A DNA stretch of 64,000 nucleotides, taken from Nanobdellota archaeon. GTDB lineage: Archaea > Nanobdellota > Nanobdellia > Pacearchaeales > GW2011-AR1. The DNA lies in contig JBBSYD010000032.1 in NCBI GenBank assembly GCA_038045425.1, positions 36,417-100,416 on the forward strand, read 5' to 3'. Both the position numbers and the translations under genes were made by a program. Position 1 is the stretch's first letter, and each line of letters opens with the position of its first letter. Below are positions 56,197-64,000 of this stretch, one piece after another. The notes beneath the pieces were generated by a model. The model was not told where the DNA came from, did not search any database, and was given only the letters and a program-made list of their open reading frames with translations.

Positions 56197-57141
56197 ATGC
56201 TAGACTTAAAAGATAAGAAACTGCTATACGAACTAGGGTTAAATGCTAGAATGACTAATAAGGCCCTTGCGAAGAAGATAGCCCTTAGTGAATCTTCTAC
56301 ATTAGGCAGAATAAATAATCTTATCAGACAAGAAATCCTTCTCGGAACACAAACTATAATTGATAACTCTAAACTAGGGTATGAGGGATATAGGATTTAT
56401 TTCAAGTTTTCTTCAACAACTACTCAAGAGGAAGCTAAAATTTTCAATTGGCTGAAGATAAATAAAACTGTATCAGTACTGGCAAAATGTTCTGGTGCAA
56501 TTGATGGAGCTATAATATGCTGGACAAAAGAGAAGGGGGAATTTGAAGAGTTTGTTAATAATTTCAAAGGACATTTTAGGTCTAACTTGGAAGATTTAGA
56601 TATTTCAGTATATTGCGGAACATATCATTTCAGTAGAGATTACCTTTTAGACAGTAAGGCAAAGACTAGAGAAATAATTAAGATTGGTAACAATGGGGTT
56701 GCTAAATATGATGAATTAGATGAAAAAATATTAAGATCCATTTTTGCAGATGCCAGAAAGAGTGTTTTGGAAATCTCTGAAGAGTTAAAACAACCTCCAA
56801 GAACTGTAGCTTTTAGAATAAAACAATTGGAAAAGAAGAAAGTAATTGCAGGATACACTATAAATCTCAATGCTGAAGGAATAGGTTATGAATATTACAA
56901 GCTAAATATTGTTCTTAGTAAAAATATAATTAATAGTGATCTATTAGAATTTGCCATTCATCATAAGAATACAATTTATCTAGACAAAACAATTGGAAAG
57001 TATGATCTAGAGTTAAATGTAGAATTAAAAAGTAAATTAGAACTAAATAATCTAATAAATGAGATAAAGGATAAATTTGGTGGAGTTAAGGAAATGTCTT
57101 GGTTTCAAGTCGAACGATATTTGAAAATAAACTATCTATAA
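56197..57141 (+). CDS. tandem (double) Lrp/AsnC regulator
   Basis: Two HTH+effector repeats: LDLKDKKLLYEL..NAR and DELDEKIL...DARKS; GYEGY / GYEYY. Confidence 0.88.
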   Translation: MLDLKDKKLLYELGLNARMTNKALAKKIALSESSTLGRINNLIRQEILLGTQTIIDNSKLGYEGYRIYFKFSSTTTQEEAKIFNWLKINKTVSVLAKCSGAIDGAIICWTKEKGEFEEFVNNFKGHFRSNLEDLDISVYCGTYHFSRDYLLDSKAKTREIIKIGNNGVAKYDELDEKILRSIFADARKSVLEISEELKQPPRTVAFRIKQLEKKKVIAGYTINLNAEGIGYEYYKLNIVLSKNIINSDLLEFAIHHKNTIYLDKTIGKYDLELNVELKSKLELNNLINEIKDKFGGVKEMSWFQVERYLKINYL

Positions 57142-57260
57142 CTAAAAACCAATCTCCTTAAACTATACAAATCCCTCAAAAACACGCTATTTTTCACCCC
57201 TAACTGTATCACTTTTGATATGTTCTTGGTTCGGGCATTTAAACCTAAACCATTTTTAAT

Positions 57261-57794
57261 TTACATCAACTCTTTCTTTAGAACTTTATGTGCGGCATTT
57301 ATCCTTTGAAAACATTCGTGATCGCCATTGGGCATGTCGGGATGATATTTCTTGGCTAGGAGTTTGTAATTCTTGGTGATTACTTCGAAGTCCATTTCAT
57401 CTGGCTTGACACAAAGAGTTACTCTTGCTTCTTTTCTTTGTTCATGGAGATCATCATCTTCGGTGAATTCGCGTACAAAATCGTCTGTAAGTATTTCTTT
57501 AGAAATAAGTCGTTCAACTTCAATTCTTAGAACTTTTTCAATTATTGAAAGGTTTTCAACAAATTTAGACCTGAGTCCATAGCTATATTTTAGATTTCTG
57601 CCTTCGAAATACCAAGAGACTGTAGCAGGATGCTTTTTTTGTGCAACTATTTGCCTAGGAATATCTATGCTATGCCTTTCAACTCCCAATTTTTTTAATA
57701 TTCCTACAATGCTATTCTCAATCTGAGTAGCTCGTCTATTGAATGAATCTCTTATAGTTGGGGGCGCAATTTCATGACCTTTAATCAATACCAT
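57261..57794 (-). CDS. protein with C-terminal J domain
   Basis: YKLLAKKYHPD...FQRINAAH. Confidence 0.85.
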   Translation of the reverse strand: MVLIKGHEIAPPTIRDSFNRRATQIENSIVGILKKLGVERHSIDIPRQIVAQKKHPATVSWYFEGRNLKYSYGLRSKFVENLSIIEKVLRIEVERLISKEILTDDFVREFTEDDDLHEQRKEARVTLCVKPDEMDFEVITKNYKLLAKKYHPDMPNGDHECFQRINAAHKVLKKELM

Positions 57795-57897
57795 ATTAAG
57801 GTAAGTAAAAAAGTCATTTATAAAGCTAAGTCTTGGTAAAAAATGATTTGAATTATCAATGCAATTGTTTATAAGGCATCTTTTAAAAACAATTATT

Positions 57898-58323
57898 ATG
57901 GAAGAAGTAAAAAAAATTACTGAACAAGAATATATTGAACAATTGCAGAGATTGCAAGCAGAATTTGAGAATTTTAGAAAGAGAACTGAATCAGAAAAAA
58001 GAGAATCTTCAAATAATTCAAATGCAAATTTGATACTACAATTATTGGAAGTCCTTGATAATTTTGACCTTGCAGTTAAGCATTCTGCTGACCCTGGAGT
58101 AAAATTAGTGTATGCACAATTTTACAAGATATTAGAAAGACAGGGAGTGAAGCCAGTTGTTGCAGTAGGGAAGTTTAATCCTAAATTCCATGAAGCAATA
58201 ATCAAGGAAGAAGGAGATACCTATGGAACTATTCTACAAGAAATAAAGAAAGGATATATGCTAAATGATAAGCTTATAAGAGCTTCAAAGGTGAAGATTA
58301 CAGTATTAAAGGAGAACAAATAA
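57898..58323 (+). CDS. grpE: nucleotide exchange factor GrpE
   Basis: RLQAEFENFRKR, FNPKFHEA, KGYML..IRASKV. Confidence 0.95.
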   Translation: MEEVKKITEQEYIEQLQRLQAEFENFRKRTESEKRESSNNSNANLILQLLEVLDNFDLAVKHSADPGVKLVYAQFYKILERQGVKPVVAVGKFNPKFHEAIIKEEGDTYGTILQEIKKGYMLNDKLIRASKVKITVLKENK

Positions 58324-60083
58324 TGAGCAAAATAATTGGAATTGATTTGGGCACGACGTTTTCAGCGGTTAGTGTCATGGAGGGCGGAAAGCCAAAAATA
58401 ATTCCAGATGCAGAGGGAAAGAATACTATGCCTAGCGTAGTTTCAATAAATGGAAATGAGATTGTAGTTGGAGAGTTGGCTAAAAGAGGAGCAGTAGCAA
58501 ATCCGAAAAGTACTATCAGAAGTATTAAAAGAAAAATGGGGACTAAAGATAAAGTCAGTGTTGGACACAAAGAGTTCTCTCCAGAAGAAATATCCGCTAT
58601 GATTCTACAAAAACTGAAGAGAGATGCTGAAGTTTATTTAGGTCAAGAAATAAAAGATGCTGTAATAACAGTCCCTGCTTATTTTGGAGATGCACAGAGA
58701 AATGCGACAAAAGATGCAGGAGTCATTGCAGGACTTAATGTAAAAAGAATTATCAATGAACCTACTGCTGCGGCACTTGCTTATGGTTTAGACAGAGAAG
58801 ATGATCAAACTATATTAGTATTTGATTTCGGAGGAGGAACTTTTGACGTTTCTATTCTAGAACTTGGTGGAGGAGTATTTGAGGTAAAGTCAACAAGTGG
58901 AGATAATTATCTTGGCGGAGATGATATAGATGATTTAATAATTGAATATTTGGCTTCAGAATTCCAAAAGACTAATAATATTGATTTGAGAACTGATTTA
59001 GTTGCTATGCAAGTTCTTAGAAATGCGGCAGAAGTGGCAAAGATTGAACTTAGTAGTTCTCAAGAAACTAAAATAACTCTTCCTTATATTTGCACAGATG
59101 CTTCAGGACCAAAGCATTTAGATTTATCAATGACTAGAGCAACTCTTGAAACTATTTGTGAGCCAATATTTGAAAGACTTAAGGGACCAACAAAACAAGC
59201 ACTTAAAGATTCAAAGCTTGCTAAGATTGACAAAGTTATTTTAGTTGGAGGAAGTACAAGAATACCTAAAGTTAGAAGTATTGTTCAAGAAATTACGGGT
59301 TTAGTACCTGACACATCAATTAATCCTGATGAAGCTGTTTCTTTGGGTGCGGCTATTCAAGGAGGAATTATAAGCGGAGATATAAAAGATATATTATTAC
59401 TGGACGTTACTCCACTTACTTTGGGAATTGAAGTTATGGGAGGATTGCGTGCATCTTTGATTGAAAGAAATACTACTATTCCTACTAAGAAGAGTCAGGT
59501 ATTTACCACAACTATGGACAATCAGCAATCGGTTAATATTCATGTATTGCAAGGTGAAAGAGAAATGGCTGATGATAATATTTCATTGGGTATGTTTGAT
59601 TTACATGGAATTTTACCTGCACCTAGAAGTGTTCCTCAGATAGAAGTTTCATTTGATATTGACACTAATGGTATTGTAAAAGTTTCTGCAAAAGACCTTG
59701 GAACAGGTATAGAACAAAAAATAATTGTTACTGGTGGCTCTTTGACTGAAATGGAAATAAAGAAAATGGTTAAAGATTCTGAGAAATATAGAGAAGAAGA
59801 CCAAAGAAAAAGAGAGAATATAGAAACTAGACAGGAAGGGGAAGCTATAATTCATGCAACTGAAAAAATGATTGCTATGTATAAAGATAAAGTAGATGCT
59901 GACACTATAAACACAATCACAAGAGAAATTGAAGAACTAAAGGTATTGGTTAGGGATAATAATTCAAAAGCAATTAGAATAAAGATACAAAGTCTAGAAA
60001 AAGTTTCGCAAGAAATAGGAATAAAAATATATCAACAGAATGCTGCTGAAGCTGCGAAAAATAAGAAAGTTATTAGTCTTTAG
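58323..60083 (+). CDS. dnaK: Hsp70 chaperone DnaK
   Basis: [32 protein letters not shown]. Confidence 0.97.
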   Translation: MSKIIGIDLGTTFSAVSVMEGGKPKIIPDAEGKNTMPSVVSINGNEIVVGELAKRGAVANPKSTIRSIKRKMGTKDKVSVGHKEFSPEEISAMILQKLKRDAEVYLGQEIKDAVITVPAYFGDAQRNATKDAGVIAGLNVKRIINEPTAAALAYGLDREDDQTILVFDFGGGTFDVSILELGGGVFEVKSTSGDNYLGGDDIDDLIIEYLASEFQKTNNIDLRTDLVAMQVLRNAAEVAKIELSSSQETKITLPYICTDASGPKHLDLSMTRATLETICEPIFERLKGPTKQALKDSKLAKIDKVILVGGSTRIPKVRSIVQEITGLVPDTSINPDEAVSLGAAIQGGIISGDIKDILLLDVTPLTLGIEVMGGLRASLIERNTTIPTKKSQVFTTTMDNQQSVNIHVLQGEREMADDNISLGMFDLHGILPAPRSVPQIEVSFDIDTNGIVKVSAKDLGTGIEQKIIVTGGSLTEMEIKKMVKDSEKYREEDQRKRENIETRQEGEAIIHATEKMIAMYKDKVDADTINTITREIEELKVLVRDNNSKAIRIKIQSLEKVSQEIGIKIYQQNAAEAAKNKKVISL

Positions 60084-60328
60084 TTAGATTTTCTTGTTTG
60101 AGTGTACAACTTTTTCTGAAATTCGTTGGCTCATGACATAATTACAGAGAATTCTGATAATCGTATCATCCTTTCGCAGAATTCTCTGGACAGGGAACTC
60201 TGTACAAAACATGATACAACCAACAGAATTCCATGTATCTCTATATATTAATTATTTTTTATTGGTTTAAATAAATTTATATTCTAATTAGATAATAATT
60301 ATAAACTGACTGGATTTGCATTTAATGG

Positions 60329-60399
60329 GGCTTCATAGTCTAGTGGTAGGACAAATCTTTCACGTGGATTGGGCAGGGGTTCAATTCCCCTTGGGGCCA
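60329..60399 (+). tRNA. tRNA-Val(CAC)
   Basis: GGCTTCA/TGGGGCC, AATCT-TTCACGT-GGATT, AGGGG-TTCAATT-CCCCT. Confidence 0.9.
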
Positions 60400-60470
60400 T
60401 TTTAGATTAAAACTGGACGTATCAGGAAAAGAGATAATTGATAAGTTTATAGAATTAGTTTATTCAATTT

Positions 60471-60938
60471 TCAAAAAAGAGATCTTAGATTTCCTAAATA
60501 TACCTTATTTTCTTTAGGATTTCTTAAGTCTTCTGTAGGCGCCCAAGTAGCAAATTCTTTCTGATTTAAATTAAATGGTCCTGGAGAAATATTACAGAAA
60601 ATTGAATCTGGTTCTAATGCAAAACATGAATGCCAAATTCCTCCATTAACTAAGTGATAGTTTGTTCTTTCCCTACTTAATATAAATTTTTCATGAAGCT
60701 TTCCTTGTTTATCAAATGTGACTAGTGCAATACTTCCCCTTATGGGCATCCAAACTTCTTCAGCTTGATGTCTGTGTGGTTGTACATAACTTGCTGGTTG
60801 AATAGCATTATATAGTATCTGAAATCCTTTATAATTTTTATCTGTTAGAGGCATCGCAACTCTTCCTCTTTGTGCGGTTCTTGATTTTTCAACTAATGCA
60901 TCTAAATCATTGTTACTTATGTCTAACTGGTTTTTCAT
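60471..60938 (-). CDS. WbuC-family cupin
   Basis: NAIQPASYVQPHRH, GIWHS, GPF, FATWAP. Confidence 0.85.
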   Translation of the reverse strand: MKNQLDISNNDLDALVEKSRTAQRGRVAMPLTDKNYKGFQILYNAIQPASYVQPHRHQAEEVWMPIRGSIALVTFDKQGKLHEKFILSRERTNYHLVNGGIWHSCFALEPDSIFCNISPGPFNLNQKEFATWAPTEDLRNPKENKVYLGNLRSLF

Positions 60939-61080
60939 ATAAATTGCTACTAAGAGGGGTTTTTAAATTCTTGCTTTTGTTACTTCTTAATAGTTATAAA
61001 GATAAGTTGTATAAAAATTAGATAAATGCAAGTTAGGAAACAATAAAGAGTATAAAAAAAGATTGAAAACTAATTCATAC

Positions 61081-61120
61081 TTTCACGTGAGGAAGGCAAG
61101 TATCTCCCTTGGGGCCATTT
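61081..61120 (+). repeat. degenerate 3'-half copy of tRNA-Val(CAC)
   Basis: tttcacgtg and cccttggggccattt match 60358-60366 and 60388-60402. Confidence 0.8.
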
Positions 61121-61364
61121 ATTCTCTTTTTGACCTTAGAGGTCCAAGGTTAGGAATTATAATTTCTCCAGTTATATGGCTCCTATCTTTTCCAACATAA
61201 ATTCTATTGCCCTCTGCAGATTGAGATACTAAAGCAGAATAATTTTCTAGTGCTCTTCGAATTACTTCCGTTCTAGAAGCCGCGCCAGTTGCTTCCAAGA
61301 GTTCAGCTAAACGGGATTCATCAACGCCAGGTAACTCTAAATTAAATCGATATTTTTTGGGCAT
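61119..61364 (-). CDS. CopG-like ribbon-helix-helix protein
   Basis: RFNLEL...RLAEL...SRTEVIRRAL. Confidence 0.8.
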   Translation of the reverse strand: MPKKYRFNLELPGVDESRLAELLEATGAASRTEVIRRALENYSALVSQSAEGNRIYVGKDRSHITGEIIIPNLGPLRSKRE

Positions 61365-61444
61365 AAAAATTCAATTAGGAAGGTGTTTTTAAATGTTCCG
61401 AGTTAAAAGGGAAGATTTATTTAGTATTATCTGAAAGATGAATT

Positions 61445-62086
61445 ATGGATGAAGTATTTTTTCAGGAATTGCGAAAGAAAGTAAAACCTTATTTTATCGA
61501 GGGAGGAAGTCATGCGTTTGATCATGTTGAGAGAGTTTACAATCTTGCATTGAAGTTAGCTAATACTGAGAAAAATGTGGATTTAGATGTGCTTAAGGCG
61601 GCAGTTTTACTTCATGATGTTGCTAGACAAAAAGAAGATAAAAAAGAATGCGAATGCCATGCGGAAGAAGGTGCGAAGATGGCTGAAAAAATTTTGAATG
61701 AGATGAATTTTCAAGAAGATAAAATAAAAAAAGCTTCTTATGCCATTTATGTGCATAGACATAGTAAAGGAATGAAGGCAGAAACGAAGGAAGCTGAAAT
61801 TCTTCAGGATGCAGATAGACTTGATGCACTTGGAGCGATTACAATTGGAAGAATGTTTTCTAGTGGAGGAGAATTAAATCGTCCGTTGTATAATCCTAGT
61901 GTTCCTCTTGGAGATAAATCTGCTAAGTTTGAGACTTCTACTCTTCATGGATTTTATACTAAGATATTCAAGATAAAACCTGAGTGTTTTAATACTGATG
62001 AGGCAAAGAAAATTGCTAAGGGGAGATATAAGTTTGTTGAGGAATTTGTGGATAGATTTTTGAAAGAGTGGAATGGAGAATTATAA
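61445..62086 (+). CDS. HD-domain phosphohydrolase
   Basis: HAFDHVERV, LLHD, QDADRLDALG. Confidence 0.93.
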   Translation: MDEVFFQELRKKVKPYFIEGGSHAFDHVERVYNLALKLANTEKNVDLDVLKAAVLLHDVARQKEDKKECECHAEEGAKMAEKILNEMNFQEDKIKKASYAIYVHRHSKGMKAETKEAEILQDADRLDALGAITIGRMFSSGGELNRPLYNPSVPLGDKSAKFETSTLHGFYTKIFKIKPECFNTDEAKKIAKGRYKFVEEFVDRFLKEWNGEL

Positions 62087-62189
62087 TTAATATTTTTCTA
62101 AAAAATGCGGGCTTCGAAAGGTTTAAAAATTGTTTCAGATGAAGATTTTTAAATGGAAGTCGCTCAGAGCGAGTTCTAAGAAGATTAAA

Positions 62190-62540
62190 ATGACTACCAC
62201 TTCACATATAATTTCAAGCGAAAGAGAATTATTAGCTCTTAAAGGAGATTTTACAGAGTCTGTTAAGGTTACATTTCCTGATGAATCTAGTCCTCCTTTT
62301 TTGAGTGGATGGTATGTTTTTGAGAGATTGCCTGATAATAATTTATTTGTTAGAAAACGCCAAGATAATGGACTAATAGAAATAATAAGTTGTAGAACAA
62401 GATATTTACAATTTGATAGAAATCTGGGAATATTGCCTAATAATCTTTATTATGCCTATAGTCCTATGGGATTAAGAAGCGAGACAGAATATGCCTTAAT
62501 GAAAAAAAGATTAGAAACAATTGGTGAGTGGCGAGAATAA
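62190..62540 (+). CDS. hypothetical protein
   Basis: ORF track frame; start uncertain. Confidence 0.55.
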   Translation: MTTTSHIISSERELLALKGDFTESVKVTFPDESSPPFLSGWYVFERLPDNNLFVRKRQDNGLIEIISCRTRYLQFDRNLGILPNNLYYAYSPMGLRSETEYALMKKRLETIGEWRE

Positions 62541-62611
62541 TATTTTTAATTGAGAATTATGATATTTAAAAAATGTGATATTTCTGATTTGGATGTTTAA
62601 CTGAAAAGTTA

Positions 62612-62836
62612 TCAAACTAGAACTGGAAGATATTGGGCTAAAGAATTAAACTCGTAGGGAACTAAAGATTCTAGTCCTTTGAAAACGAGTTTTTTGTTTA
62701 GATTAGAAATGCCTTCTCTTACTCCTACTCCTGCGATAGACAAAGGGACAACGATTAATGAAGGGGAATAAATAAGAAAGTCTTTGACTTCTTGGAGAAG
62801 GTTAGATTTTTGAGAGTAGGAAATATCTGTATCCAT
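62612..62836 (-). CDS. small hypothetical protein
   Basis: ORF track. Confidence 0.5.
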   Translation of the reverse strand: MDTDISYSQKSNLLQEVKDFLIYSPSLIVVPLSIAGVGVREGISNLNKKLVFKGLESLVPYEFNSLAQYLPVLV

Positions 62837-62878
62837 GGATGTTTGATTGATTTTGATTTTTTAAGTTTTATTATGCTG

Positions 62879-63424
62879 TTAAATAGCTAATCCTCTAAGG
62901 AGATAACCGACTCCGAATGCTAAACTTGCTGCAATTCCTCCAATTATTAGCGTTTCCAATGCTGAATGAATTGGATGTTTCTTTACAACTTCTCCTCTAA
63001 TCCACCCTACAAATAAAAATGCAAAAACAGTTAAGATTATCGAATACTTAAATTGATTTGGAAGCAAAGAGGGATAAATTAACGCAAGAAGAAAAGAGAT
63101 AAGCGGAATTAAGCCTATTAACATAAATGAAATAAATGTTGCTAATCCTGTTTTTAGGGGATGTTTGAATTCTGGTTCGTTAGTATCAACTTTATGTAAT
63201 TCGATATGAGACTTATTGGATAAATAATTTGAGACAGCCATAGAAAATCCATCTCCAAAAAGATTTGCAAAACCTAAGATTATAACTATTCCTGGATTGA
63301 GGGATGCTCCGATTGCTCCCGCAACAACTGCAAAGGTAGTAACTGAACCATCAACTCCTCCGTAGACAAATTCTGGAAGATATTTTCTATAGACTCCTGC
63401 GTTTATTCCCCCTTCTGAAGACAT
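62879..63424 (-). CDS. VIT1/CCC1 family metal transporter
   Basis: VYGGVDG, GFANLFGDGFSMA, GLIPL. Confidence 0.92.
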   Translation of the reverse strand: MSSEGGINAGVYRKYLPEFVYGGVDGSVTTFAVVAGAIGASLNPGIVIILGFANLFGDGFSMAVSNYLSNKSHIELHKVDTNEPEFKHPLKTGLATFISFMLIGLIPLISFLLALIYPSLLPNQFKYSIILTVFAFLFVGWIRGEVVKKHPIHSALETLIIGGIAASLAFGVGYLLRGLAI

Positions 63425-63506
63425 AGAAAGAGTAAGGTGATTTGGTATATAAATCTTGCATCAAGTTCCTGGGCATAGTCATATTTAAAAATGAAGATTT
63501 CTGAAA

Positions 63507-63902
63507 ATGAAAATGAGTAGATTTGATGAACTTAAAAAAGACCTTGCTTATTGTTTGATACTTGGAGGAGTTGTTGGTTTGGCTGGATTAACTCGGAAAG
63601 ATTCTCATGCATTTAGTTATAATGGATGTTTGGACAGTATGCCTGGATATGAATGTAGTGTAATAGTTGATAAGAATGGAAGAAAAGTTGAAAGAAAGAT
63701 GATTGCGTTACATAAACTTGAAGATGGAAGAGAGGTTGCTTATGTAACTGCTAATTGGAATTTAGATTCTGGAGCGTGGAATATTCAAACTAATAGAACT
63801 GAGAGAGAAGGAGCAGTAGATAGATGTATTACCCCCGATCTTTGTGATAGAATTTATAGGGAAGCAGTTAGAGCAAAAGAAAAAGCGAATAATATAAAGT
63901 AA
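63507..63902 (+). CDS. hypothetical protein with N-terminal TM
   Basis: ORF track. Confidence 0.6.
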   Translation: MKMSRFDELKKDLAYCLILGGVVGLAGLTRKDSHAFSYNGCLDSMPGYECSVIVDKNGRKVERKMIALHKLEDGREVAYVTANWNLDSGAWNIQTNRTEREGAVDRCITPDLCDRIYREAVRAKEKANNIK

Positions 63903-63930
63903 TCTTGATTAAAATTTTAAGGAGGTTAAC

Positions 63931-64000
63931 ATGGAAAATATAGGAATATTTGCTTTGATAGTATTGGTTTTTGCTTCGATTAAAATTATTACGATTTTAA
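63931..64000 (+). CDS. membrane protein, 5' fragment
   Basis: GGAGG then ATG; MENIGIFALIVLVFASIKIITIL, open at window edge. Confidence 0.55.
   Translation, partial: MENIGIFALIVLVFASIKIITIL

Larger units (their letters stand above)
53778..57240. mobile_element. putative island bounded by imperfect 20-bp direct repeats
   Basis: tgttcttggtctgagcgttt (53778-53797) vs tgttcttggttcgggcattt (57221-57240), 16/20, all transitions; third copy ttggtctgagcgttt at 52060-52074. Confidence 0.55.

Overview
AT-rich archaeal genome segment, most consistent with a DPANN lineage (Pacearchaeota/Woesearchaeota-like). Evidence: thermosome, MCM, tRNA genes with bulge-helix-bulge introns, TATA-box promoters before many short genes, and GrpE/DnaK. 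Housekeeping genes (TruD, Dus, thermosome, two DEAD-box helicases, RecJ-like, GrpE/DnaK, four tRNAs) are interleaved with many small accessory cassettes. Main observations: (1) a ~3.4 kb direct-repeat-flanked island in which an atypical CCA-encoding tRNA-like gene sits 9 nt before a prenyltransferase-fold enzyme lacking the first DDxxD motif, followed by an IPP isomerase-YjbQ fusion, divergent from an Lrp regulator; (2) a 6.76 kb transposon with TIRs and a 9-bp TSD, carrying a fused restriction-modification gene and an RNase HIII-Zn ribbon-PIN fusion preceded by a ~92-nt structured RNA; (3) at least five places where cargo genes lie between a gene's 3' end and a diverged copy of that 3' end; (4) intergenic arrays of tandem hairpins; (5) a cyclodipeptide synthase at the left edge that the ORF track misses; (6) a catalytically degenerate MCM paralog and a radical SAM gene frameshifted at an A9 tract. 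All family calls come from motif recognition by eye; no searches were run.
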